DNA of 63,848 nucleotides, filler included, from Octopus bimaculoides (GCF_001194135.2; 6 parts of 6 records of this genome joined end to end with filler, not necessarily neighbours in it), one strand, 5' to 3'. Positions 1 through 13,899 are shown, counted from the first letter of the whole stretch. The notes: a model not told the origin generated them from the sequence alone. Translations and numbers: made by a program.

Positions 1-272
1 TATGGGATTGCTCTGGTTCGGGCCAGAAAGTGGAACGAAGTTAGCAACAATTGTACACTAACAAAGAGTGAGAGGGAGGGGGTGTCATGTGGTCTTCTCA
101 AAGCAGACGAACGAGTCACTGAGAGAGGGGGAAGAGGAGGCAGAATATATTAGAAAACACCTGGACGAGTTTCTTTGAAACAAAATGAATATTTTATCGA
201 AATTTCCGATGATATGGATAAAAAATTACAGGTTATGCAGCGCATACCTTGCTTGCCTGAGAGTGTACGCCC

Positions 273-321
<49 letters not shown>

Positions 322-1171
322 GCATATACATAAAGTAGAGTATATGTAATCTTTTATTAGCTGAGAATAATGCCACATGAGCTACTGAAGGGTAATGTTG
401 TATCCTCATCTGTTAAACGACTGTATGTGTGTGTTCATGTGTGTTCATGTGTGTTCATGTGTGTTTATGTGTGTGTGTGTGTGTGTATGTGCGCAAACAT
501 GTTTGTGGGTCTTTGTGTGTATTAGATGGAAAATGTTTTTACTCCCTGTATCCCCTGATAAGAATCTTAAACTAATTTCCTGTTGAGAGATTTGAAAGAA
601 TGGGTTAATAGCATGGTTCTTGCGATAATTAAGCTATTTAAAAAGGGGCTGAGGGAAGCTTACAGTTACAATATTAACAAGTGTCACATGACCCATATGT
701 CACATGACTGTAGCAATATGGATACATTAAGCGTCAGAGCTGTGATCCTTGACAAACTCATGTATTCATGTGTAAATCCCAACGTACACACATACACACT
801 CTTCTAGATGTACATAAGCACACACAGTGTCTGCACTATATATATATGTATGTGTGTGTGAATTTATTAATAAACATGTTTGTGGCAGTATACACACATA
901 TACACATGGGTAGTATGTGTGTTTCATATTATATATTTATATGTATTTATTCATAAATTTGTTGTGGGAATTGATATATATAAATTCTCACAACTTATAT
1001 AATCAGAATAAAATCTGATGTAAACAAATCTCGTTTGACCCCTTGTTGTCATAAAAATGTTGACATTAAAACAATGGTTAGGAAAATAATGCGGATATAT
1101 GTGTGTGTATGTATGTTATGTATATATGTATGCATGTGTATGTAACATATGCGTGTGTATTATGTTATGTA

Positions 1172-2042
1172 TTGGGTTGGCAACTAAATTCCTGCCGTTT
1201 TTTTAAATTAAAATTTTTTTAAAGGTTTAATAGAAAATAACAACGAATTAATCAAGAATCTCTTCACCCTTGCTGTTTACAACTTCTTCCCAACATTCAA
1301 CAAGATTTTCAATACCTCGTTCGACTCGAAAAATTGATCCAACCAAGCTCTCAATTCTGCAGCAGTTTTGAACTCCGTGCATAGCATTTGAAAGAGATCG
1401 AAAGAGGTGGAAATGTGTTGGTGCCAAAACAGGAGAGTATGGCGGGTGTGGCTGCACTTCCCAGCCATGCGTTTGAATAGCTTCCTTGGTCATATTGGCG
1501 ATATGAGGGCGGGCGTTGTCGTGCAGCAGAAGAACTCCATGCTGACGATTAGCTCTTTTCTCTTGAATAGCCATGTTGAGTCGTTCCATCTGTTGAACAC
1601 AGAGTTCTGTGTTGACCGTTTGGTGCCGTTCAAGCAATTTGTAATGGATAATCCCTTCCCAGTCCCACCATATGCACAACATCGCTTTACGCGGATGAAG
1701 ATCTTGTTTCATGCGCGGTGTAGCTTGTTTACCGGGGCTAAGCCATTCCTTACGCTGCTTCCTATTGATGTACAGGCACCATTTTCCGTTGCCAGTAACA
1801 ATTCGGTAAAAAAATCGTTGCGTGTGTCCATGAATTGAGCGGTGACGAGCAAGTAAACCAGAGAAGATTGTGGCGCGTTGACTTTTTTTGTTGTCATTTA
1901 AAGCATCCGAAACCCATACTCCAGTTGAAGACTGAGGTAATATAGAATGTTCGATGTAAACCTCAAAATTGTGAAATTCTTGATTCAAACCTCTATGAGA
2001 GTTTCTTGTTGGTCCATGAAGCAACAACAACAAGGAGCACAT
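1172..2042 (-). mobile_element. Mariner (DD34D) transposon remnant, 3' part with right TIR
   Basis: ORF 1248-2042 has mariner motifs IVTGNGKW (canonical GDEKW), LCIWWDWEGIIHY, LLHDNARPH and HPPYSPVLAPTHFHLF (canonical YSPDLAPSD). The first and third catalytic Asp are mutated. TA + TTGGGTTGGCAACTAAATTCC TIR at 1170-1192. Confidence 0.95.
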
Positions 2043-2469
2043 TGCAGCATCTTAGTATGTACAGGGCATGAAATAAAGAAAAAACTTCTGTGTGTGTAAG
2101 CACTACCAATAAAGAATTCCACCCACCCCACCACAAACAACTACAAAAAACAGATTTTTATGGAAGATTTATTTAAACAAAATAACCAAAATTCCTCACA
2201 CAGATACAACAAACAAAATATACCATGAAATTTATCACAAATTGAGTGATAAACAATTCTGAATGTAGCATTGATAATTTTATCAGATATAACATTATTC
2301 CCATGACCCTTTGTGACTCAATGTGAATGACACATCTTGAAAATGTTAATAGCTTTAAGAACACAATTGTTTGAAACTAAACATGCAGAACTAACAAAGA
2401 AATATGGAAAATTGTTAATAAAAAAGATTAACCTTGTCTTTATTATAACAAATGTCTGAAAAACTAAAT

Positions 2470-3790
2470 GGTGAGAGGAGATTTTGCATGCTTGATTTAG
2501 ATCTGCCAGTGGAAACGTTAGTATATTTGTATGTTGCTATAAAGGAAGCGACAGATGGTAATAAGAAAGACGAATTTTATAGAAAACTTCAAGAGCAGTT
2601 GGAAAGATAACAAATGGATTTACTGCCATGTATAGAAAACTTTAATTCTGAAGTAACAAAACTGTCATTCTGGTTTTTCTTAATGTTTTTTGAAATCAAA
2701 GAATGGAGAAAATGATTAGAACTGGATTATGGCTTGTTAGTTTTTTTGCATGACAACGAGGATGTGGCAATTATTTTTTAGAGTAACGGAATATACACAA
2801 ATATACTTGGATTTATCTAGGCAGGAAACATTGGGATTAAACTGATCGTATTGCAGCTGATAAATAACATAGGACCTCACTAAAAGATGTAAAAAAAATG
2901 AGAGAGAAGTTGGTATTGGCAGCAAGGAATAACTTCCAAATTCCAAGAAAACATAGAGGATGATAAATAGAATTTTGACTTCAAGGTCTGAAATAAAGAA
3001 AACGAGAACTAATGAATATGTAAAAGTGTAGTTTATGTGAGAATGTAGTGATAAATAATTTATTGTTGTAGAGATATGAATGGATGAAGAGGAAATAGGG
3101 AAGATGTACGTCTGTTGTGAAATGACATTCAAGAAGAAGTGAAAATAACAGAAATGAAGAAAGAGGAAAAGAGGAATTACAAATAAAGCTTGGGACATGA
3201 TTGAGAAAAAAGGAAGAGAGGAAAAAGAGAGAACGTGAAACTGTAAGTAATTATAATCAAAGATTACCAACTCTAAGAACTGAATATGGAAGAGTTAATA
3301 GTGAAGGAAGAAGACTCATAGAAAGTGATAAGAGGAAAGACTTGAATGACAAATGAAGATAAGACTGAAGCTTAAATGAAGACAGGGGGGGGGTGGAGGA
3401 GGAGTGTCAGATTAGTTTAATAATCTATTAAAGAAATTATGCCTATGGAAAACAGAGAACTTCTGTTTATAGAAAGGAACTTACTGAATAAAGATAAAGA
3501 AAAAAAGAAAGAAGGAAGCAGTAAAAAACATACCAATTCCATAAAAATGGAGAAGATGTCTTTCCATCTGAGCAGGAGCTGAATATTGAAACAAAGGAGA
3601 TGACATTTGCTAAGGTAAGAAAAGCTATAAAGCCATCGAGGAATTGTTCAGAACAAAGCATAGAAGGAAGAACAACCAAAATGGTAAAAATTGATAGAAC
3701 CATAACATTAATTGTAGTCACAAAACTGTTTAATTGCATTTTGGGAACAAGTGGAATTTCCTGAGATTGGGAGAAAGAAATTACAAAAAA
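2470..3790 (+). mobile_element. Decayed RTE-clade LINE ORF2 (endonuclease to start of RT)
   Basis: Frameshifted translations ILHA*FRSASGNVSIFVCCY and KKDEFYRKLQEQL match the APE endonuclease. EMTFAKVRKAIK and VVTKLFNCILGTSGIS*DWEK match the RT N-terminus. Confidence 0.75.
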
Positions 3791-3894
3791 AAAACCAAAA
3801 AACATTATAATAATGAAAAAAAATAAATAAATAAAAGATAGAAGGGAAACCTGTCTGAGTGTTAGAACAAGAATGATGTTATTCTCTCACCTTT

Positions 3895-4090
3895 GCTTAT
3901 CAGCATTTCATTTGGTTCTCTTTGTTCTGAGTTCAAATTTCACTGAGGTTCATTTGCATCTTTTTGTGTGTGTGTGTGTGTGGGGGGGGGGAGTTTAAAA
4001 TAGTCCCTGGCTGAACACTGGGGGTCAATGCAATCGACTGACCCACCCCTTCTAAACTTGCTGGCCTTGGTACCAAAATTTGGAATCATT
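3895..4090 (+). mobile_element. SINE family A (tRNA-derived), degraded
   Basis: B-box-like GTTCTGAGTTCAAATT and CTGGGGGTCAATGCAATCGACT are shared with the young copy at 36623. Confidence 0.65.
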
Positions 4091-4611
4091 AGTAAACTGG
4101 TGTTTAGAACTTAACAAGAAATCAGAAGAAGAAAAATCTCAAACATGAAAGATTTTGTATTAGAACCGGAATCTGTCTCAAGTAGATTGGTATCGAAAGA
4201 ATAAAAGATTTTTTCGTGTTCCTATATTCTAAAGAACATATAGCCTTATTACCATAAAATGGTGAAGCAGTGGAAGCCAGATAGGATTGTTTTCCTTTTG
4301 TTTTGTTTGTGATGGCCGCATTTTTAGATAAGTCGCAATTTCTGTTCAAGAGTTTATTGACCTTATATCAGGTGAAGACAGGTAGATCGGAAATGCAAAC
4401 TGCAACAGCTATGTTTATTGTCTACACTTTCTCTTGCCATTTCAAACTGCGAAGAATGAATACAAAATAGATCAGGTGTGTGTTTATCAGGTGAAAGAGT
4501 AATTAACAGTTCATATTGCAGGAAAAATAAAAAAATAAAATCAAATCAATCCAGATGTGTTTATTATGCGTAGATGCACTTCAAAAGAGTTGTTTTCCCA
4601 AAACATCAAAC

Positions 4612-4613
<2 letters not shown>

Positions 4614-4682
<69 letters not shown>

Positions 4683-4697
4683 GTCTGTCTGTCTCTC

Positions 4698-4733
<36 letters not shown>

Positions 4734-4760
4734 TGCACATGTATACTTATACACACACAC
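4614..4760. repeat. Compound microsatellite (CT)n-(CTGT)n-(TA)n-(CA)n
   Basis: Read directly. Confidence 0.95.
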
Positions 4761-5099
4761 ACATATAGACAGAAAGAGAAAGAGAGGAAGGTAGATGCCT
4801 ATGCACACACACACAGACACTCACACACACACACACACGCACACTTGCATGCACCCCCCACCCACCTTGCATGTCTGTTTGTGATGTATTTTGTCTCACA
4901 GTCTGATGAGTCTGTTCCTAAGAAGCCATGGCCCATTGTGTGTTGACAAAAGACTGTCTACTCTGACAACAGCAAACCACAACAAACACATTCCCTAACC
5001 GCACGGACGACATTTGAAGGCATCGTCTGCTCATGTATCAACCCTTTTTTTCTTTTTTTTATCTTTTTGCTGTTAGAGTCGCTTTTTGCTGTTAGAGTC

Positions 5100-5345
5100 A
5101 TGTTTCTCTTGCAGACATCTCTAGCCTGAAGATGGCATTATGTTTGTGCTCTTTTGCCAGAAGCCAACTCCTGTTGCAGCAGGCCTTTCTGGGTCCATCC
5201 ATCTAACTCGTGGATGTAACTGACCAAACCAGCAGAAACGTTGTAGAAGCAGAATAGAAAGGTTGGGTGTCTGGGCATGGACCAGAACCTTATTTCCGTC
5301 AGTTCAGTTGGTCCACTTGATGGCCAGAAAGTGTCTTAAACTGTG
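5100..5345 (-). mobile_element. RTE LINE RT C-terminal fragment
   Basis: Minus translation LRHFLAIKW...LLQQELASGKR...ARDVCKR matches the RTE C-terminal pattern LLYGEL..GKR..GRP..R..DVCKRD. Confidence 0.65.
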
Positions 5346-5514
5346 AAGGTGAAAGGCAGAAGGCATTAAAATATCATTCTCAAACCCCAATACTTGTACA
5401 GTGTCAAAGGAAATGGTAAAATAAATTTTATTACAAAAATTGTTAATTAAATTTCCTAAATGTCTTTTGAAACTTTTATATAAATCACAGCATTAGAAAA
5501 TTTGCAGAATTATT

Positions 5515-5705
5515 GTGTCTGGCAGAGATGTTTGAATGCCGGGCAAAAAGTATCTGTGTTTAGGTTCTGAGTTCAAATTCTGCCATGGTCGGCTTTGCCT
5601 CTTGGGATCAATAAAATAAGAACCAGTCAAGTGCTGGGGTCAATCTAATCAACTTGGCCCCGCTCTGAAATTCTTGGTCCAGTGCCAACATTTGAAACCA
5701 ATATG
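5515..5705 (+). mobile_element. SINE family A copy, CpG-depleted
   Basis: GGCAGAGATGTT...GTTCTGAGTTCAAATTCTGCC...CTGGGGTCAATCTAATCAACT...AAATTTGAAACC-like end. Confidence 0.75.
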
Positions 5706-6083
5706 ATGCATAAGTCATGCTGCTTTCTGTGAAAGCTATTTGCAATTTTAGTTGTATTTGGAAAAAAAAAAAGAGTATTTCATTGAAATAATCGCAATCA
5801 TTGTCAAAAGAGTTTAGAAAAAGCCTGGAACCATAGATATAAACTAATACATTTTTATGATTTCTACCTGGAACAAACGGATTACCTGGTGCTTTTAAAT
5901 TGCTTATCTCAATTATCAGATTATACATGTAACATCTAATTTGCTTTACACCTGGTCGTCATTTATTTTACATTTGTGGAAGTGAATTTTGTGTTACCAA
6001 GAAATGTTATTAAATGTAAGTTCGTTTGTAACATTCCTATTCATATCGACTGAGTAGAGTTCTAAATATTTAATCATTTGTTT

Positions 6084-6161
<78 letters not shown>

Positions 6162-6419
6162 TGTGTGTGCGTGTATGGATGGTTATGTCAGAGTGTGCTG
6201 TGAATTTCAAGCCCAGAGCAAGGTTCCATACAGTTTTTTTTTAATGGGTGGAGTAAAAGACTAGCCTTTCTATGAGTATATATACATCCTTATATATTCG
6301 CATGTTTTTGTGTGTGTGTGTGTTAATGTATAACATGACCAACTTTGTTGTGTGATTCTAAGAACATGAGGCTGAAAGATGTTTTACTTCAAGACAGCAA
6401 TCTTTCCATGCCATTCCCT

Positions 6420-6720
6420 TGTTTAGTTATTTACATCCAATTTCTCAAGATTCCAAATGTGTCATGGTTTATTCTTAGAAACAACTATTTTTACAACTGG
6501 ACAGTCTTCTAGTCATGCTGTTTCTTCCTGCTGACTACAAAATGGTGAAACCAGTTTTGGTTTGTTTGTCTTTTAAACAATAGCAAGATCCAACTTCATC
6601 AGGATCTATTGAGTTGTCCATCTTCTACATCTTGGAACAGTGTAGTCATAGAAACGTTCTTGATTGTCTCCAAAAGGATTCCATTCTGTTGATTGACCAA
6701 CACTCACTCACCATCAACAT
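6420..6720 (-). mobile_element. Probable RTE LINE C-terminal fragment
   Basis: Minus translation WFHHFVVSR resembles the LRWFGHVVR motif; otherwise heavily decayed. Confidence 0.4.
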
Positions 6721-7099
6721 TCCACAGCTTCTCGTCCATAGTCCTGGGGTACAGGGGGAAGTGGCAGTCTAATGCAGNNNNNNNNNNTCCACACTTCAGA
6801 TAGATTACTGCTAACACCACAGCCACAGCGACTTCAACATTTTTTAAAAATAAAAACCTTCTCAACGCAAACGAACAGAAACATATGAAGCGAGCAGACC
6901 AGGATCAGCCACTTTACAAAATATTTTTGTTAAGCAACGACATCACAACACAGATATAATTTCACAACATTCCATACATCATACATTGTTCACCACAATC
7001 CTCATAATTCCATTGATTAACCTGTTGGGCAACCAAACGTAATACAGCTTCTCGTCGTGAGAGAAATAAAAGAAATACGTGAAATAAATGCCACCCCTC

Positions 7100-7485
7100 C
7101 TTAGTTTATCAACACCGAAACGTAAAATCGACCGCGGTGGAAATTGAACGCTGAACCTAAAGGCATTCGAAATGTAGCAAAGCACTTTGTCATCTCTGTT
7201 AACGATTCTGCCAACTCGACGCCTTAGATAAAATAAGAATTTGAAAGAACTCTACTAAAAAGTAGAGCGGCAAGCTGGCCAAATCGTTAGCTCCTCGGAG
7301 AAAATGATTTACGGTATATTTACCGGCTCTTTACATTATGAATTCAATTCCTACCGAGGTGAACTTTACCTTTAATCCTTTCAGATCGATAACATGAAAC
7401 ATCCGTCAAATGCAGCGGCCGATGTAATCGATTTGTCCCGCTTCCCTTAAAATTACTGGATTTATGCCAAAATTGGAGAGCATTA
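7100..7485. mobile_element. Two head-to-head SINE family A copies (7100-7225 minus, 7265-7485 plus)
   Basis: Heads GGCGTCGAGTTGGCAGAATCGTTAAC (minus) and GCGGCAAGCTGGCCAAATCGTTAGC (plus); diverged but CpG-retaining. Confidence 0.75.
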
Positions 7486-7769
7486 CTCCCGAAGAGTCTT
7501 AACACGTCATTTCCTTGCCTCGTTACTTGACGAGCTGGTTGGTTGGCTGCCTGAGAAGCAGGCTGTTTGGTTGGCTGGTTTGTTGGCTGGCTGGACGATT
7601 GAATATTTGGGTTGGTTTCATCCGTTCTTACGCTGATTCAGACGTGAAACGCTAAACCCCGCTCCACATAAACGCCAACAACATATTATTAGTGGCGAAA
7701 CAAGGGAAGAGAAAATAACAAGCGTAGCCTAATAAATAAGCAACCACATCGCTTCCCAAACCACTAATT

Positions 7770-8000
7770 CATCGTCATCATCATCATCATCATCATCATC
7801 ATAATCATCACCATCACCACCAACTTCTGAGGTCCGTTTTCCATGCTGGCATGGGTTGGACAGCTTGACAGGGGCTGATAAATCTGAGGGTTCCATCAGG
7901 TTTTGACATGGTTTCTATGGCTGGGAGGCCCTTCCTAATGCCAACCAGTTTATCGAGTGTGCTGGGTACTCTTTACATGGTACCAGCACCAACAGGACTA
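7770..8000 (-). mobile_element. Old RTE LINE 3' UTR remnant with (CAT)n tail
   Basis: CCGTTTTCCATGCTGGCATGGGTTGGACAG...CCCTTCCTAATGCCAACC is homologous to the young copy at 41723. Confidence 0.7.
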
Positions 8001-8406
8001 CCAGTTGTAATCCCCCCCCCCTGTGCCCCTAGATCAACCCATGTGTTTGGAGGCCTATTTAAGCAAAGTCACCCATAGTCAGAGTTAGATACAAATGTGA
8101 ATTTGTGAACAAAGTCACATAAATTCAGATTTTAAAACAGAAAACCCTGTGTTCTGTGTTTCTATTTTAGTAAATGTGATGATGATAATGATGATGCTGA
8201 TGATGGTGAAGAAATGGTTGCCTCTGTGTGTGTGTGTGTGTGTGCATGTGTGTGTGTCACTGATGTCATGTTGTTAATATTGTTGAGCGTAACAGCTGAA
8301 GAAACATTAAGTGCTCTAATAATATATCACCAATGGTAAATGTGGAATTCATGTCCATGTTGATTTTATTGACTGACACTCCCAGCCATTGATGTCCTTT
8401 TGCCAT

Positions 8407-8502
<96 letters not shown>

Positions 8503-9127
8503 ACATACACATACGCACACATACACATACACACACAATTATAATGTGTGCGTGTGTGTATGTGTTTCTGTGTTGATGTAGGTCAAATGAGACTTTAGCG
8601 AGGCAGACACTCTATAGCCAGATGCATTTCCTGTCACCAACCCTTAACTGTTATTCAAGAAGGGCCCCTTTTTCAATGCACAGGTTCATCTGGCATCCTC
8701 TCCTACCAGCAGTTCTATATTCCTCTCAGCATCACCATGGCACCCAAATGGCCACCCTCTTTTCAAATACAGAACCATCTCCTGACTCTCATCTTGCTTT
8801 TGGCTTTTCTTTCTACAAACTTCTCATCCAAATTCTTTTCCCTTTTCTGTATATTTTTCTATGGTTCTTCATTTCTTCTTCCATTCCTTCCATGCCATAA
8901 ACTAAGAGAGTTACTTGTGACATCTTTACCATTTTATTCAGGTTAAGAATTCCTCCATTTTTATGATTTTCATTCTGCTTAGAATATTTCATAAATTGTA
9001 TTCAATCTCTATTTTTTTAAAAGCTAAAACGTGTTGAAATTGTTTGATTTCACTCTTAAAAAATATATCGGAGAATTCTACGCTTTCCATTCTGCTTGTC
9101 AAACAGCTTCACGTTTTATCTCTTCAG

Positions 9128-9192
9128 TCTGCAATTCATTGTTGATGTTCCTGATTATGTTGAAGTACTCAGATGTGAAGTTTCTTTGATAT
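9128..9192 (+). CDS. Candidate isolated exon (LQFIVDVPDYVEVLRCEVSLI)
   Basis: TTTTATCTCTTCAG acceptor and GTAAGT donor; one open frame. Not linked to other exons. Confidence 0.3.
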
Positions 9193-9254
9193 GTAAGTCA
9201 TCATCATCATCGTCATTGTTATCATCATCATCATCATCATCATCGTCATTGTTG

Positions 9255-9304
<50 letters not shown>

Positions 9305-11072
9305 GTCGTCTTCATCATCATCATCATCATCGTCGTCGTCATAATCATCATCATTGTCACATTCAACATCGTCATCACCATCATTATCAACAACATCACT
9401 GTTTTAATGTTAACTTTTCTATGCTTGCAGGGTCAAACAGAATTCTTTGAATTAAACACACACACACTCACACACACATGCATACACTCACACACATATC
9501 TTAAATTCCGCTGTAGGCTGGCTTAATGCTAGTCTCATACATTTCCTGGTGCAAGACAAGGCATTATACCAACTTCCACCATATTTATGCCCCATCAACG
9601 GAATTACTCCTACAACACTTTTAACAACACACCAAAGCACACACACACATACACACACACACATACATGCACGCATGCACACACACACACACTCTACTTG
9701 TATACACATCTTATAAATGTTTGTGATGTTGTCCTCGTTTGGATGTTTTAGAGAATTTGATGAGAACTTCTCACTGTGGCATCTGCTGAGAAGCAGCAGG
9801 GTGCCTGAGTGACGGAACTGGTGGGTGGTTGATTAAATACAACCGTTACCTGTGAGGTGGGTGATTAAGGTGATACTGGGTGGAGGTGATGTTGACGATG
9901 ATACTGGTGATGCTGGTTATGGTGATGATGATGTTGTTGGTGATGCTGGTTTGTGATGATCATGATGATGGTGATGCTGTTTGTGACGATGATGAAGATG
10001 ATGATGTTAGCACCAGTAATGATGTTGTTTGGTTTAGATTTGTTTCTGTAGGTTTTAGAGGTGGGTCGATGGTGGTGGTGGTAGTGCTAATAACAGTTCT
10101 TTGAACTCAGAACTTGGATGAATGAAACTAAATAATTGTTTACATTAAAATACAGTCGTTTAGGTTAATTAATGATAGCAATTGAGCAAATCCTTTCCAT
10201 GCTGGATTGTATTTCTAATTAGAATTTTGATATTCTCAATTAAATATGTTTGCTTCTACTTAATTGCACTCCTAATTAATGCGGATGGGATCTCAAAGTA
10301 ATTAACCTCAGTAATTTTTTGGTAAACTTTTCTTATGCATACTTGAGTTGTAATCCTAATCATTGATACTCTCGTTATTATTTCAAATAGTAGAGTGAAG
10401 TGTATGCTGGGCTGAAGATGTCTAACAAGACAAAAACATGCCTGCAGTTATCTCCCATTTTTGCAGAAATCATTGAAATAATATTCATCATTGACATAAT
10501 GTTCTCTTTTCATTACATAAGAATTTCTGATTAGAGTTTTCAGTGCTCGTTATAATTATATTCATTGCTAATTAACTGTATTACATTGCTGTCAATCTAC
10601 AGGTTTTTAATCTGGCAGCAACATTGATGATGATGATGACATAAATTTAAATATTGAGGAAGAGTGATGGATATAAATGGAGAGATTGTTGTTGTTGTTA
10701 CTGCTTAAGTCTATTTACTTTAATTGAGCAAACTTGTGAAGTAATACATTCCAGCCATGGCCATCCTGTCTTTTCAGGAATATCTGGGGTGATTTTTGCA
10801 AATGTTTCCTTTTGTTTTAAGGTGGTTGGGGAATAATTTTGCTGCTATTTCTAGGAAGTGAGCAATTGTGTCATGGCTCAGTATGGGAACACTGATGATG
10901 ATGATGATAATGATGATGATGAGGAGGAGGAGGAGGAGGAGGATGAGGATCTCCCCTTTTCTCCTCCTTCTCCCTTAACTCCCCTCCTGCACTCTCTACA
11001 CTCTCACCATCCCTTTCCCCACTCTCACTCCACCAGACAATCTGTCTACCTTCAAACTGTTCACCTGTTTAG

Positions 11073-11090
11073 AAATTGCATTAAGAACAG
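11073..11090 (+). CDS. Candidate 18-nt micro-exon (xIALRTx)
   Basis: TTCACCTGTTTAG acceptor and CAG/GTGAGT donor; length divisible by 3. Confidence 0.25.
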
Positions 11091-11277
11091 GTGAGTGCTT
11101 TATATGGTTTCACTGTATCGTAAGCAGTATCTGGAGTATGCGGTGGTGGTGGTGGTGGTGATAGCGTATGTTTGTGTGTGTGTGGAATGTGTAATAGTAA
11201 GTGCGTGTATTTGTAAGTGGAGTGTGAAATGGCGTGCATATGGAATGTAACACTGGTTCTGTGTGTGTGTGTGTGTG

Positions 11278-11312
<35 letters not shown>

Positions 11313-11713
11313 AGTATGTAGGGTATGTGTGGAATGTATGCGTGTGGGGTGTGGTATGAAGATGGAGACATAATTTTGTGTAAAGATGAGGAAAATGTGT
11401 TGAGATTTTCTTTTAAACATTTCCCTTCTTGTTATATTTTCTATCTCGTGTGAGTCTGCGAAGGAGGGACAGGGCCCACCATGTTTTTATCATGTCCAAA
11501 ACCTGATAGTAAGAGTTACTGAGTGATGCTAATGGAATGATTTCTTACCTGTAAAAGGTAAATATTAGGACATACAAAGAGTTCCAGGGGGGATGGAAGA
11601 AGGATTGGAAAAAAAGGGACGTTATATATTTTTTTCAAATTAACTATTATTAGGAATTGTTAAATTATTTTGCGTATTGTAGAAATGTGACCAATTTATT
11701 GCACAAAATCTTA

Positions 11714-11808
11714 TATGGACCCTCAAGGACTGTATGGACCCTCAAGGACCGTATGGACCCTCAAGGACCCTATGGACCCTCAAGGACCTTATGGACCCTC
11801 AAGGACCA
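11714..11808. repeat. 19-bp minisatellite x5 (TATGGACCCTCAAGGACCN)
   Basis: Five contiguous units with no spacers. Confidence 0.95.
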
Positions 11809-13006
11809 TATGAACTCCAGTAGAGAACCACGGATGTAGACTGTTAATTAGTAAATGCTTGCCTGTTGAATGAAAATTAATTTAATCAGGGACTGATTCT
11901 TGCATTCCAATTCTTTAGTTCCAATCAAACCATTTCTAAGTCTTTAATACTTCTTCACTCATCAAAACTCAAGTCTGTTGTACTTCCTTTACATTTCATT
12001 CCATCATTGAACATTCTGTCTCCTCTCATACCAAACTAAACACTTGATATTACCTCCTCTGGATATACCCCCTCTTTCTATACTGTTTGTCCACCTTTAT
12101 TCTAAAATGCTTCCAAAAACTATAGCAAAATCTCCCTCAAACCATGATCCACCTTTTTATAAAAACAGAGGAAAATGCATCAGATCAATTATTGCAAGTT
12201 TCCATTAAACAAGTGGCCAGGCCTTTCAGTCAGTATTTAAGTTCAATTAAGTTTGGCTGAGGCTAAATGAAAACAACTAAATGAGCCTTCATGTGGCGTC
12301 TTAACATTCTAGAAATAACAGCCAAACCTCCCTCAAATCACACCCTTTTGCTTAATGTCATATTACTCAAACTGTTCAAGGTGCCAGGCAGGATTTGAAC
12401 TAAATATTTCAGAGCATTTGTATGTAATTCTCTGCAAATTGTGGCGTTTAATACTTTCTTTTGAACCTAACAAATAAACACTAAGAAAGATATTTAGGTT
12501 AATTAACAAAGAAAACATAACGAAAGCTACCTGTAAATGAGGAATTTATTTTCAGGTATACTGAATGCTAATAGAAAATGCTAATTTGCCTCAAGCAAGG
12601 AATTGGTGAAAAGACTGTTTTACTTGATTGACAAATAGTGGAATGAGAAGCAGGCAAGTTTTTGTGAGAAACAACAGAACATTAGATTGCATTAATATTG
12701 CATGCAAGACATCTTTTGTTTCTTCTGTGGAAAATATGGAAAGTCTTGGTAGTATTTATGGCTTCCAAAACAAACACAGCAATATATAATTTAGAATATA
12801 AACATTCTGGCAGCATAATTCTGGGAGTTAATTCAATCAAAATAGTAGCAACGTCAACATGATCACCATAGTGGAATATTTCCTACACGAATAACAACAA
12901 AGTATATAGAAACAGGCGAGAAGTATGAGTTTAAATGCACACAGATGTGCGCTTGTGTGTGTGTGTGTGTGTGTGTGTGTGCCCATGAATACAAACATAC
13001 ACATAC

Positions 13007-13056
<50 letters not shown>

Positions 13057-13111
13057 ATACTTATATATGTGTGTGTGTATATATTCATACATACATATGT
13101 GTGTGTATATG

Positions 13112-13157
<46 letters not shown>

Positions 13158-13225
13158 AATTTATATACTTAAAGGTATATGCACAGACACACACACATAC
13201 CCTTAAGCAAATATCTATGTTACTA

Positions 13226-13267
<42 letters not shown>

Positions 13268-13544
13268 CACATGTACATATGTCTGACAGAAAGCAAATCA
13301 GTTACAGACAGATTTTCACATGCTTGCACATACATGTGAATAGTCACACATGAATAGATATCCACGTAGACTTAAGTTCTGTCTAAGCGTAACTCCTTGA
13401 CTAATTACCAGCTTTGTTGAGCAGCCATACATTCAATCAACTTTGAAAAACATCTTAAAAATACTAAAAACTAAAGGTACAACTAGCTTTGTGGCATCAT
13501 CTGCCTCCCATCAACTCTAACTCCACATTGCACTGTTATCTTAC

Positions 13545-13598
13545 CATCTTGTTTCGTCTCTTCATTTCTTTGTTTCTTACAACGTGAATAAATGCATT
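13545..13598 (-). CDS. Candidate 54-nt exon on minus strand
   Basis: GAGTTTTCAG acceptor and ATG/GTAAGA donor. Two open frames (NAFIHVVRNKEMKRRNKM or xCIYSRCKKQRNEETKQDx). Confidence 0.25.
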
Positions 13599-13899
13599 CT
13601 GAAAACTCTGTATCGCTATGCATGCATGTATGTATGTGTGTATGTATGCATGCATGCATGTATGTATGTATGTGTGTATGTATGTATGTCATTATTCAGT
13701 TTATTTCAAGATTTCTTGCCAATANNNNNNNNNNTCATTATTCAGTTTATTTCAAGATTTCTTGCCAATAGAGAAAGAACCGGTTTCTAACCTAGATCCA
13801 AAGCTCCTTCATTGGAATTTCAACATCAACAACAGGATATTTTTGTTTTGTATGTATGTATGTATGTATGTTATTGGTATTTTCCAGTGGTGTTCTCTG

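Noticed and set aside
2737-3805. Hydrophobic minus-strand ORFs (177 aa and 112 aa) resembling membrane proteins
   Set aside because: Antisense of an A-rich decayed LINE.
11535-11565. Minus-strand TTTTACAG/GTAAGA resembling a recursive splice site
   Set aside because: A single motif with no established host intron; expected by chance in AT-rich DNA.
11714-11808. CRISPR-like appearance of the 19-bp repeat
   Set aside because: No unique spacers, no cas genes, and a eukaryotic context.
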